A stretch of DNA of 64,000 nt from Obrimoposthia wandeli (Eukaryota): NCBI GenBank assembly GCA_977020255.1, contig CDROCS010006344.1, positions 1 to 64,000 of the forward strand. The letters run 5' to 3'. Shown piece after piece: positions 20,242-28,227 of the stretch. Under the pieces are notes generated by a model. That model did not search any database. It was not told where the DNA came from and saw nothing but the letters and a program-made list of their open reading frames with translations. Position 1 is the first letter of the stretch. Every line of letters begins with the position of its first letter. A program made the position numbers and the translations under genes.

Positions 20242-21351
20242 TTATAAACGTGAAGGTTCTAAATAAAATAGTGTGGGTGCATCCTGTTCCGCTTGTTGCT
20301 TTAGGTACTCTGGTTTATCACCATAAATGGCAAGGTAGTGATTGCTGGTTAGGGTATGGCTTTTAAAGCCTTGTAGAGCGTTATGTAGAGGATCACGCTT
20401 ATCAAAACCAATGATCAATGCATCGAAAGACGAGTCTTTATATTCACATAGGATATTAGATAACATACTGCTGAGTATGGCTGGCTGATTATCTTTGATT
20501 AGAATCGAGTGCAAGCTAATATAGTTGGCTAAAGTTCCTGCTGTAGGCAGCTTTAACCCACCTAATACTTTACTCATTATGTTGTTAGCATGGCGTAGAA
20601 TTTTTATGCTGCCGTGATAAGACAAGAATCGGGTTTGTTTAAATTCTTTTTGGTCCCAAGCACCGACAACGCCAATTAATTCTTGATTATTGTAGTATAA
20701 AAAATAATCACTAATACTCAGATTGCGATAATACGCATCTTGACCGCCGATTTTTTTAAAATCATAACAAGGATAGAACTCTTTATATTTTGCATTCAGA
20801 TCAAAAAATCGTTGGATGTCGTCGATATCATCTGCAGAGGCACGTCGAACCTGCTTGCATGATGGTGAATATGATTTGTTGAGTGCTACCATGTGTGTAA
20901 TGAACTGGCCAGCATCGTGATAAGTGGGTAAGGATAGTCGCCCGCTGCCAACGGTATCGACAGAAGCTTTATTCTCATCAAGAATCACGGTTTGCATCCA
21001 TTCATCTTGCATTAATTCTTTATACTTCTTGAACAGACGGAATAACGTACGACCGCCTTTATAATCTTGATGAATTCTTAAGTCATTGCCATAGCGTGTT
21101 AAGCGTTTTTTGCCATTAACGTAGACTTCTCTTTTTCCTATACTGAAAGAGGCGACCAATCTGCTATTGTGAAGATCTTCCATTAACCAGACCTCTGGTT
21201 CGCTTGTTGTGACACCTGTAGCGTGAAAGAAATTTGGCTGCCGTTCAAAATTTAAACGAATACTGCCTTCTTGTGGAGTTTCATTTATTAATCGCAATAA
21301 TGCAGATGAATCTTCAGCTTGAGCTAAGCGAATATTGTATCGCAGGCTCAT
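20242..21351 (-). CDS. GNAT-family acyltransferase (tandem-GNAT size)
   Basis: IRLAQAED N-terminus, motif A-like DLRIHQDYKGG, N-x-x-S; 369 aa is consistent with a double GNAT fold. ATGA overlap with the GH3 gene. Confidence 0.65.
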   Translation of the reverse strand: MSLRYNIRLAQAEDSSALLRLINETPQEGSIRLNFERQPNFFHATGVTTSEPEVWLMEDLHNSRLVASFSIGKREVYVNGKKRLTRYGNDLRIHQDYKGGRTLFRLFKKYKELMQDEWMQTVILDENKASVDTVGSGRLSLPTYHDAGQFITHMVALNKSYSPSCKQVRRASADDIDDIQRFFDLNAKYKEFYPCYDFKKIGGQDAYYRNLSISDYFLYYNNQELIGVVGAWDQKEFKQTRFLSYHGSIKILRHANNIMSKVLGGLKLPTAGTLANYISLHSILIKDNQPAILSSMLSNILCEYKDSSFDALIIGFDKRDPLHNALQGFKSHTLTSNHYLAIYGDKPEYLKQQAEQDAPTLFYLEPSRL

Positions 21352-23048
21352 GCGGGTTCACCGGTCTTCGTCTGTGATTCATTATTTTTTGCATCTTGAG
21401 AATTATCAAGACCTTTGTTCATTAAGAAATTTTGGTTTTGCCATAAAATCAACGGCTCTACTTTAATATTGCCTTTTACCATGCCCTGCTCAACCTTATG
21501 GTGAGCGTATAAAGCTAAAGCATCCTGTTTAATAGAAACTCGAGCAGGGTCTAGCTGTCCAAGTTCACGTGCTAGCTGATAGTGAAAATGTTGTGAAAGC
21601 ATCTTCTCTAAAGACTGCGCAAGTTGATCTTCTCTTGCTATTAAGCAGTCTTCAGTTAAATCACTGTCATTTTCACAAAGTAATACATAATAGGGCTTAT
21701 ATTGCTGTTTGTTTGCCGGCATTGCGATGAGCGTGATCGGTGTAATACCTTCTTCAAGATTAAAGTCATTTAGTAATTGCACTGCCGTTTCTGGTGATAG
21801 TTTCTCTCCGACCATATCGGTGCCGTCTATTCGACCAATAAATTCAAAACAAGGGCAGCTATTAATAAACCCTGTCACTTTTAATTGATCTTTCATGGCG
21901 TAGCGTAACAAGCCATTAGCAGAGCTAATAATAGGACGAACACACATTCCTTCTGTCAGTTGCCAGCTAAGCATAATTTTTTGACTGGACAGCTCTTCAA
22001 ACTCATAGAAGTGGCTAGTGACCGCGAGCGGGAATTGATTTCTATAAGGGATACTCGTTACCCCCTCAGTTGCCCATAGCCCCTTACCCTGGAATTCACT
22101 ATGGGGAAATATCCGCCTCAATTTATCAGCCCAAATCTTAGATGAGGATGTATCCCAGGCACTTATTAGTGCTAATTTTGGCCAGATAGAGGCTGTGAAT
22201 TTCGCATCAATTTTGCCATCCCATTCATATAATATTTTAGATGACGCTACATTCTTTGGTGTTTCTATTTTTTCTAAACCAGAATATTTACTCGGCCATT
22301 CGCCAGAGGCTAATACTTGGGTAATGTCATTTTTATGGAGCTGAATAAACTCCAATAGACTCAGAGCAAAGGTCGGACTCCAAACTGAAATAAAGCTTAA
22401 ATCCGAGCATGCTAGAAGGTAGCAAGCGGTTGCGAAAAATGATTCGTCTGAAGACTCTGCCAACGAAATTGATTCTGGTACGGCCATCGTCCCCGTCATA
22501 AATACCTGCTTCCACCAAGGGAGCAGCTGTAGATCGTTATTGATGCTCGCCGTTAATTTATTACGTAAATCACTCGGCACCCAAGAAAGAGACCAGTAAT
22601 GTTTTCCATTTTTTATCTTTGGATAATTACGGTACATATCTGCTAACCAAGGAGCAATCGCATTATCTAATTCTTCAAGAAATGGCTTTGTGTAAGGGAT
22701 CCATTTGATTTTTGAAGTAGAACCACTCGTCGGCTGGTAGCGTGTGCAATCATTATTTGTTAAAAGATTAATCTGCTCAGTTTGTTGTTGTTCTATTTGA
22801 GCGGACCAGTAATCATAATCTGTAATAGGGACTTGGTTTTGAAAGTCTTGCAAGCTGCTATTAGAAGAAAGGTTGTGCCGAATGCCATTTTCGCTACCGA
22901 CAATATTAGCTATAATATGTGATAACAATATTTTCTGTGTCGATTCAATATTCCTACAGGCAATAATAAATTTATCTTCACCTTTTCTTGAAAGTAGATA
23001 AGATGCCTGGTGTAGGGCGCGGCTTATGAGAGCGTGTATTATTTGCAT
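21348..23048 (-). CDS. GH3 (auxin-responsive promoter) family acyl-adenylating amide synthetase
   Basis: VPITDYD, PTSGSTSKIKWIPYT (P-loop-like), ATEG, FYEFE, GLLRYAMKD, FIGR and GEKL motifs of GH3/ANL enzymes. Confidence 0.88.
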   Translation of the reverse strand: MQIIHALISRALHQASYLLSRKGEDKFIIACRNIESTQKILLSHIIANIVGSENGIRHNLSSNSSLQDFQNQVPITDYDYWSAQIEQQQTEQINLLTNNDCTRYQPTSGSTSKIKWIPYTKPFLEELDNAIAPWLADMYRNYPKIKNGKHYWSLSWVPSDLRNKLTASINNDLQLLPWWKQVFMTGTMAVPESISLAESSDESFFATACYLLACSDLSFISVWSPTFALSLLEFIQLHKNDITQVLASGEWPSKYSGLEKIETPKNVASSKILYEWDGKIDAKFTASIWPKLALISAWDTSSSKIWADKLRRIFPHSEFQGKGLWATEGVTSIPYRNQFPLAVTSHFYEFEELSSQKIMLSWQLTEGMCVRPIISSANGLLRYAMKDQLKVTGFINSCPCFEFIGRIDGTDMVGEKLSPETAVQLLNDFNLEEGITPITLIAMPANKQQYKPYYVLLCENDSDLTEDCLIAREDQLAQSLEKMLSQHFHYQLARELGQLDPARVSIKQDALALYAHHKVEQGMVKGNIKVEPLILWQNQNFLMNKGLDNSQDAKNNESQTKTGEPA

Positions 23049-23875
23049 TATGAGGGCTCCATCATAAGTTCTTCTTTCTTTTCAGTATCCGTATTTGTTT
23101 CTGCTATAACTTTCACTGTGGAATGTTTTACTACAGATCTCTTCTTTTTGAGCGACAGCATATTCTTACGCACAAAATTCCACATCATATGTATAGATAC
23201 TTCACCTACACAGGGCAATTCTGTTCCTTGCTGCCAGGATGGATTGAGCTTTGTGAAATGACGAATTTTTGGATTGTCGTCTGTCATATCGGTTGTTATT
23301 TCTGCGACATCATCCTTTAAATATTGATAATCATTACCAAAATTTAATAGTCGGTTTTCTTTGTTGTAAGCTGATGGATATAGTTGCTCGCAGTACTCAT
23401 CAACAATAGATTCTAGCTTGATGTTATTTTTTTTATGACTAGGGTAGTGTTTTGGAAAGTTATTAGTCAGTAATAAATAAGTCTTATACCCTTTAGATAT
23501 CAATAGCCAAAATACAGAGGTCTTTGGGTTTTTTATTTTTGTTTTTAATAACTGTTTAACAAATGTTTTCTGTAGTGCTTTATTCCCCCAGAATTCTTTT
23601 TTTACTACGGTATCTCCACTAAAGATGCCTATAGATCTCTCACCATCTTTCATTATTTCTAGTTCAGTCCATGTGCTGAAACCTACTATTTTATCACTAG
23701 ATTTTTCTTGTAAAATAATGACGCCTGTCTTCTTCCCCATATCAGTAACAAAGTTGTGGAGGTCGGCATTATGATAGTACTGAACAAATACCTTATGCAT
23801 CTCTAATAGTTGAGGTACAGATATGTGTTTTATTTTTTTAAAACAGGCCGTTAGTTTTGTTTTATCATTTTTCAT
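23048..23875 (-). CDS. Conserved hypothetical protein, probable GNAT-like fold, coupled to the GH3 gene
   Basis: IVGFST, FSGDTVV-x3-WG, WLLISKGYKTY and NPSWQQGTELPC motifs; TAATG overlap with the GH3 gene. Start placed at 23875 (ORF track 23917). Confidence 0.55.
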   Translation of the reverse strand: MKNDKTKLTACFKKIKHISVPQLLEMHKVFVQYYHNADLHNFVTDMGKKTGVIILQEKSSDKIVGFSTWTELEIMKDGERSIGIFSGDTVVKKEFWGNKALQKTFVKQLLKTKIKNPKTSVFWLLISKGYKTYLLLTNNFPKHYPSHKKNNIKLESIVDEYCEQLYPSAYNKENRLLNFGNDYQYLKDDVAEITTDMTDDNPKIRHFTKLNPSWQQGTELPCVGEVSIHMMWNFVRKNMLSLKKKRSVVKHSTVKVIAETNTDTEKKEELMMEPS

Positions 23876-24262
23876 AAAAATCTCACGCACGCAGAAATTC
23901 AGGCAAGAGAATACCATCAGAAAATACTGAGGAATTGTCCATTTATAATGTTATTAATAGCGAGTTGACTAAGTGTTTGTTTAGTTTTCTAAGACTGAGC
24001 TTATCGGTCGAGTGATTTTCATGATTGCGCATCCATTCTTTTTTAGACTAGTAATGATTTATTATTATTTTTTATTATTCAGCTTACATGCTGATTTAAC
24101 GCCGCCAGTAAATCATAGTTAAAAAAGATTAAAAGTAATTTCTATCGTAATTAATACGTTAGTACCTCAAATATTACGGGGCAGGGTAAGTGTTTTGTAA
24201 ATGGCGAAATAGGAGAATAAATATCCTTTGTTAAGGAAGTTATTTTTGCTACGGGAGGGTAG

Positions 24263-24304
24263 TTATAGAAAGTGTCAGTCTTTATTATAGAAAGTGTAAA
24301 GTGT
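24263..24304 (+). repeat. 13-bp direct repeat with 22-bp period plus a partial third copy
   Basis: TTATAGAAAGTGT at 24263-24275 and 24285-24297; AAAGTGT again at 24298-24304. Confidence 0.7.
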
Positions 24305-24321
24305 AAGTTATTAGCGGATCA

Positions 24322-24666
24322 TTACAGCATTATCGAACAGGCTCCTATTGCTCGGCTCGCGATAGTTGCTTGCTGGCAAGTTGAAATGCAGTTATCTAAT
24401 TTCTTTCTAGTCGATGTTTTATTAAATACTAGGTTCGCTGAGAATTTATGACAGCGACGAGGGAAGGCATTACGATAGCACTGGCGCGCATCACCACTTT
24501 TCGAAATACAGAGCTCAGCATTACTCAGCATTGTAGATGAATCGGATATCGTTTTATGTTTTGTGATTTCAATGAATTGTTGCGACTGACATCCGGCTAT
24601 TACAATCAATGAAACGATTAATAAAAAGTGGGCAATATGTTTTTGCATGAGTCTTCTCGTAGGCAC
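24322..24666 (-). CDS. Small Cys-rich putative lipoprotein
   Basis: Signal peptide with lipobox IAGC followed by six further Cys in about 90 aa. Confidence 0.6.
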   Translation of the reverse strand: MPTRRLMQKHIAHFLLIVSLIVIAGCQSQQFIEITKHKTISDSSTMLSNAELCISKSGDARQCYRNAFPRRCHKFSANLVFNKTSTRKKLDNCISTCQQATIASRAIGACSIML

Positions 24667-24894
24667 TTTTTTATATTATAAGAATCAAGTGTGTCAGGAA
24701 TACTACAGTGAATGGGTTTTTGGTTAAACTATCTGGCATTGATTTTTCCTAACTCTTCTAGATAGCTCGACTCGGTCACACTTTAGCGCTGGAAGTGAGC
24801 GGTAATGCTATTTGGATACAGTCCTCGCCGAGGATATTACCGCTGTGGTTAAGATGACTTTGTTACAGTGGCATTTCAATATGAAGGGTATGGG

Positions 24895-25007
24895 GATTCT
24901 GTTTCATTTCATTCAGACACAAAAAAGCCCGTACTTTTCAGTACAGGCTTCTCGGAATAATGGTGCCCGGAGACAGAATCGAACTGCCGACACGAGGATT
25001 TTCAATC
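24895..25007 (-). repeat. attR-like duplicate of the tRNA-Phe 3' half plus diverged downstream terminator
   Basis: 24961-25007 is identical (47 bp) to 26542-26588. Similarity continues through AAAAAAGCCC...CAGGCTT and GTTTCATTTC (24901-24910 = 26481-26490). Confidence 0.92.
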
Positions 25008-25359
25008 TCTCGATTGGTACTAGACCCTAAAAGATAACGGAGGAGATTAGAGGATGCTCTTTGCTATTGCAATGGATTTCAGTAGAGTCTCTTAGGTGTT
25101 GGTAGCGACAACAGACGGAAAATCAGTTAAATGATAGGCCAAATCCACAGTACCACTACAATCGCCATTTTCAATTCGACGAGGCTTTCGATAGCACTCG
25201 GTGAATTTGTTAAAAACAGCAAAAATCTGTCAAGAGTCTATTTCTAAATCATGGCGAGAGTAGTTACGTATTTATAACCCCTCGTATTGGCGCTCAATAG
25301 ATGGGCTTTCAGTTTTGCCAGCTAGGCGAGAAATTTATCTTTCTAAATAGATATAGGCA

Positions 25360-26469
25360 CTATTTTATCGATGCAGATATTTCCACCTGTATATCTTCAC
25401 CATTAAATTGAGAGGCTGTGATTGTGCCTCCTATGCCATTAGGGAGGCTCTCTTTAATGCTTGCTTTTACTTTGATAATTTTTTGGCAGCCCAAGTTTTC
25501 ACAGGTCGGAAAGAGTAATGGTGAGTTTAAATTGAGAAATAAGTTGTCATCCGCAAAAACAGAGAGGCTGGTTCCTTCAGGAGTATTCGCTTCATCGGTC
25601 CGTAGAAAGATAGCGTTAGGATGATTAAAGTCTGCATAGATTAATTTCTTAGATGGCTGAATAACTTCTTGAGTTGTATCTGGGGAGTTCAGGCTAGTGA
25701 CGGTATTGATATTTTCAATGCGTAAGCAATCCATTGCCGTTTCTTCAGTATCCAAAAAAGGTATATCGTTGATTGTGAACTCAGTCGTGAGCTCTCTGGA
25801 TTGTGAAAAATTTGTTGAGTCGCTAACCTTTACTCCCTTGATATCAAGGTTATTGATTTGATCCCATGACTCTGGATAAGAGAATTGTGGAGGAAAACTG
25901 GAAGATCGATTCTTGATTAACTGACTCGCATTGCCTTGTAAGCTTAAATTATGATCAAGTTCCAAGCTGGCCTGACTGTTTAAAGGCCAGGTTCCCATAT
26001 GGCCGTATGCTTCTTTAAGCTGCATCGAATCGTCAGGTAATTCAAAGAAATATGAGAGTACATTGCCCTTGATTGAGAATGCAGATAAAGAACTGAGGAG
26101 TTCATCTCCCACAAAAGAAGGAGTAAAAAATACACTATCAAGAATTACATTAGGCTTTCGCTTAATAGAACACTCCCTCATTAAATAGCTTTCGTTTTTT
26201 GCTTGGCTAATGCTAATGAGCTGCCGAATTTTATGTTTAGATTTCTCTATTGATTTGATGTTAGAGCTATCTTCTTCGTAGTAAGTGACTTCACTGGTTG
26301 CGTCAATGTCTAACATCCAAATGCCAACAGGGGATTCAGTCGATAGGTTGGTATTCACATCCGGCAGTGAGCTCGAACCTGAGGAACTTTTATCATCCTC
26401 AAGAGGCCAGCAGGCTGAAAGGCATAATAAACTGGTTAAAAGTAGGGTGTTTTTAAATAAGGCTAACAT
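25360..26469 (-). CDS. Hypothetical lipoprotein (islet cargo)
   Basis: Lipobox LSAC after MLALFKNTLLLTSLLC, then a Ser-rich linker. The ORF-track start (26586) lies inside the tRNA, so the real start is probably 26469 or 26487. Confidence 0.7.
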   Translation of the reverse strand: MLALFKNTLLLTSLLCLSACWPLEDDKSSSGSSSLPDVNTNLSTESPVGIWMLDIDATSEVTYYEEDSSNIKSIEKSKHKIRQLISISQAKNESYLMRECSIKRKPNVILDSVFFTPSFVGDELLSSLSAFSIKGNVLSYFFELPDDSMQLKEAYGHMGTWPLNSQASLELDHNLSLQGNASQLIKNRSSSFPPQFSYPESWDQINNLDIKGVKVSDSTNFSQSRELTTEFTINDIPFLDTEETAMDCLRIENINTVTSLNSPDTTQEVIQPSKKLIYADFNHPNAIFLRTDEANTPEGTSLSVFADDNLFLNLNSPLLFPTCENLGCQKIIKVKASIKESLPNGIGGTITASQFNGEDIQVEISASIK

Positions 26470-26500
26470 GACGAAGATCCGTTTCATTTCTAGCAGGCAT

Positions 26501-26534
26501 AAAAAAAGCCCACATTTTTCAATGCAGGCTTTTA
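26501..26534 (-). terminator. Terminator downstream of tRNA-Phe
   Basis: Minus strand AAAAGCCTGCATTGAAAAATGTGGGCTTTTTTT: GC stem plus U-tract. Confidence 0.7.
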
Positions 26535-26541
26535 GAATAAA

Positions 26542-26617
26542 TGGTGCCCGGAGACAGAATCGAACTGCCGACACGAGGATTTTCAATCCTCTGCTCTACC
26601 GACTGAGCTATCCGGGC
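26542..26617 (-). tRNA. tRNA-Phe (GAA)
   Basis: GCCCGGATAGCTCAGTCGGTAGAGCAGAGGATTGAAAATCCTCGTGTCGGCAGTTCGATTCTGTCTCCGGGCACCA; 76 nt, folds as a cloverleaf, encoded CCA. Confidence 0.98.
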
Positions 26618-26661
26618 GACTCGTTGAACTTGCTACTTACTTGTTAGTAAGTGTTCGTTGA

Positions 26662-26698
26662 GTGCGCGCATTAAACCTGTATTTGAGACTGCGGTCAA
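26662..26698 (-). promoter_or_regulatory. Sigma70 stable-RNA promoter of tRNA-Phe
   Basis: TTGACC-17 nt-TTTAAT followed by the GC-rich discriminator GCGCGCAC. Confidence 0.7.
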
Positions 26699-26723
26699 GC
26701 ACTTTCATTAAATAAAGAAGACT

Positions 26724-26999
26724 TTATTGTTTGTTTTCAGGAACATAGCCATCGGCTTTGTCAAAATCTTCACCGCTTAGGAACTTGCTACGCTGATCAG
26801 TCAGGTATTTTCGGGCCTGCAAGTCAATCATATTGAGGTGCTTTTCGTTAATTAGGCGTGTTTGATGCTCTGTCCACTCAGCCCAAGCTTGCTGAGAAAC
26901 GTTTTCAAGAATATCGATTCCTGCTGCACCAGGGAAAGGAGCAGATGTGAGAGCGGGTAGCTCTTTATTATATTTACGGCAAAGTACGGTGCGAGACAT
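26724..26999 (-). CDS. yggX: Oxidative damage protection / Fe(II) trafficking protein
   Basis: MSRTVLCRKY...PFPG...SQQAW-x2-W-x2-HQTRLINEKHLNM; downstream of mutY. Confidence 0.95.
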   Translation of the reverse strand: MSRTVLCRKYNKELPALTSAPFPGAAGIDILENVSQQAWAEWTEHQTRLINEKHLNMIDLQARKYLTDQRSKFLSGEDFDKADGYVPENKQ

Positions 27000-27035
27000 G
27001 AAGGAGTACCTGTAACAGTTTAAATTTACTGAGTT

Positions 27036-28151
27036 TTAGTTTAAATCTTCTAAACGAATCTTGTTCAGCAGCGTTTTAACGGGGGCTGCTAAGCCTAGTT
27101 CTGATGGTTGCTGTGGATTGTACCAGTGCTGTGCTGATTCCCCTATGGCATCAGGTCGCTTGCTCAGCTGAATCAGGACTGGGCTGATGTGTAGGTGGTA
27201 GTGGCTAAACGTATGACGAAAGCTATTCCAGTTTTCTTGCTCAAAGGCTAGTTCGCCGAATAGGGCCTGACTACGGCTAAGGGCATCTTCTTCCATTGCT
27301 AGCTCAGGAAAGCTCCAGAGTCCGCCCCAGATGCCTTGCTGAGGTCGTTGCTCTAACAATATATGTCCATCAGGGTCTTGTAGCATAATTAACTGAATGT
27401 GTTTTTCTGGCTTGTCTTTTTTAGGTTTTGAATTGGGATAATCTTTGGGGTTCCCTTGAACATTTGCTTTGCAATCGGGTGCTAGTGGGCAGATACCGCA
27501 TTGCGGCTTGCTGCGAGAGCAAAGAGTGGCCCCCATATCCATCATCGCTTGAGTATATTCGTTGCAGCGTTTATTGGGAGTGAGGCGCTCTGCGATAAGC
27601 CAAAGCTCTTTTTGAACAGAAGTAGTGCCAGGCCAGCCTTCAATCGCGAAGTAGCGGCATAATACGCGCTTTACGTTACCGTCTAATATCGCGGCATTAA
27701 TACCCATGCTGATAGAAGCAATGGCGCCTGCGGTTGATCGACCGATCCCCGATAACTCTACCAAACCCTCTACTGAGCGTGGAAATTCGCCATTGAAGTC
27801 AGTACTCACTTTTTTTGCACAAGCGTGTAAATTTCGAGCTCTGGCGTAATACCCCAGCCCAGTCCAGAGATGTAAGACCTTATCTTGTTCTGCGTTAGCC
27901 AGATCATGAACGGTAGGAAACTCTTCCATGAAGCGTTCGAAGTAAGGGATTACAGTTGCAACTTGTGTTTGTTGCAACATGACTTCAGAAATCCATACTT
28001 TATAAGGGGTTATATCTTGCTGCCAAGGTAGGTGTTTACGTCCATTTTCTTCGAACCAGTTCAGAACGGCTTGACTGAATAGCTTGTCGTTAGAAGTAGT
28101 AGTGCTAGAGGGGATAGAGTTTGGCGAAGGCTTGTTATTGGCAGCAGGCAT
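27036..28151 (-). CDS. mutY: A/G-specific adenine glycosylase
   Basis: [25 protein letters not shown], HhH-GPD ([20 protein letters not shown]) and Fe-S motif C-x6-C-x2-C-x5-C. Confidence 0.97.
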   Translation of the reverse strand: MPAANNKPSPNSIPSSTTTSNDKLFSQAVLNWFEENGRKHLPWQQDITPYKVWISEVMLQQTQVATVIPYFERFMEEFPTVHDLANAEQDKVLHLWTGLGYYARARNLHACAKKVSTDFNGEFPRSVEGLVELSGIGRSTAGAIASISMGINAAILDGNVKRVLCRYFAIEGWPGTTSVQKELWLIAERLTPNKRCNEYTQAMMDMGATLCSRSKPQCGICPLAPDCKANVQGNPKDYPNSKPKKDKPEKHIQLIMLQDPDGHILLEQRPQQGIWGGLWSFPELAMEEDALSRSQALFGELAFEQENWNSFRHTFSHYHLHISPVLIQLSKRPDAIGESAQHWYNPQQPSELGLAAPVKTLLNKIRLEDLN

Positions 28152-28227
28152 GAATCAATCTAATTAAAAGTGGAAGACCGCCAGTATAAAGCGGCCTGCT
28201 CTTATTTACGAGCCAGCGAGGGAGGGG

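Larger units (their letters stand above)
25008..26541. mobile_element. Integrase-less genomic islet at tRNA-Phe
   Basis: About 1.58 kb bounded by intact tRNA-Phe and its 47-bp 3' direct repeat. It carries one lipoprotein gene; no recombinase is visible. Confidence 0.7.

Noticed and set aside
24720-24850. c-di-GMP-I riboswitch
   Set aside because: The conserved GGCAAAC/GAAA tetraloop/GACGCAAAG elements are absent on both strands; kept only as an unassigned structured region.
24961-25007. Second tRNA-Phe gene
   Set aside because: It lacks the 5' acceptor strand and D-arm, so it is only an att-type fragment.
24812-25030. 72-aa plus-strand ORF, and the similar 26285-26647 ORF
   Set aside because: Both read antisense through the tRNA sequence or fragment; their shared peptide (GARRQNRTADTRIFN) is just the tRNA repeat.
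25008-25359. Integrase remnant inside the islet
   Set aside because: Partial hand translation showed no tyrosine- or serine-recombinase motifs; a BLASTx would be needed to exclude it fully.
26470-26586. N-terminal extension of the lipoprotein ORF in the track
   Set aside because: It overlaps the tRNA and its terminator; the signal peptide points to a start at 26469 or 26487.
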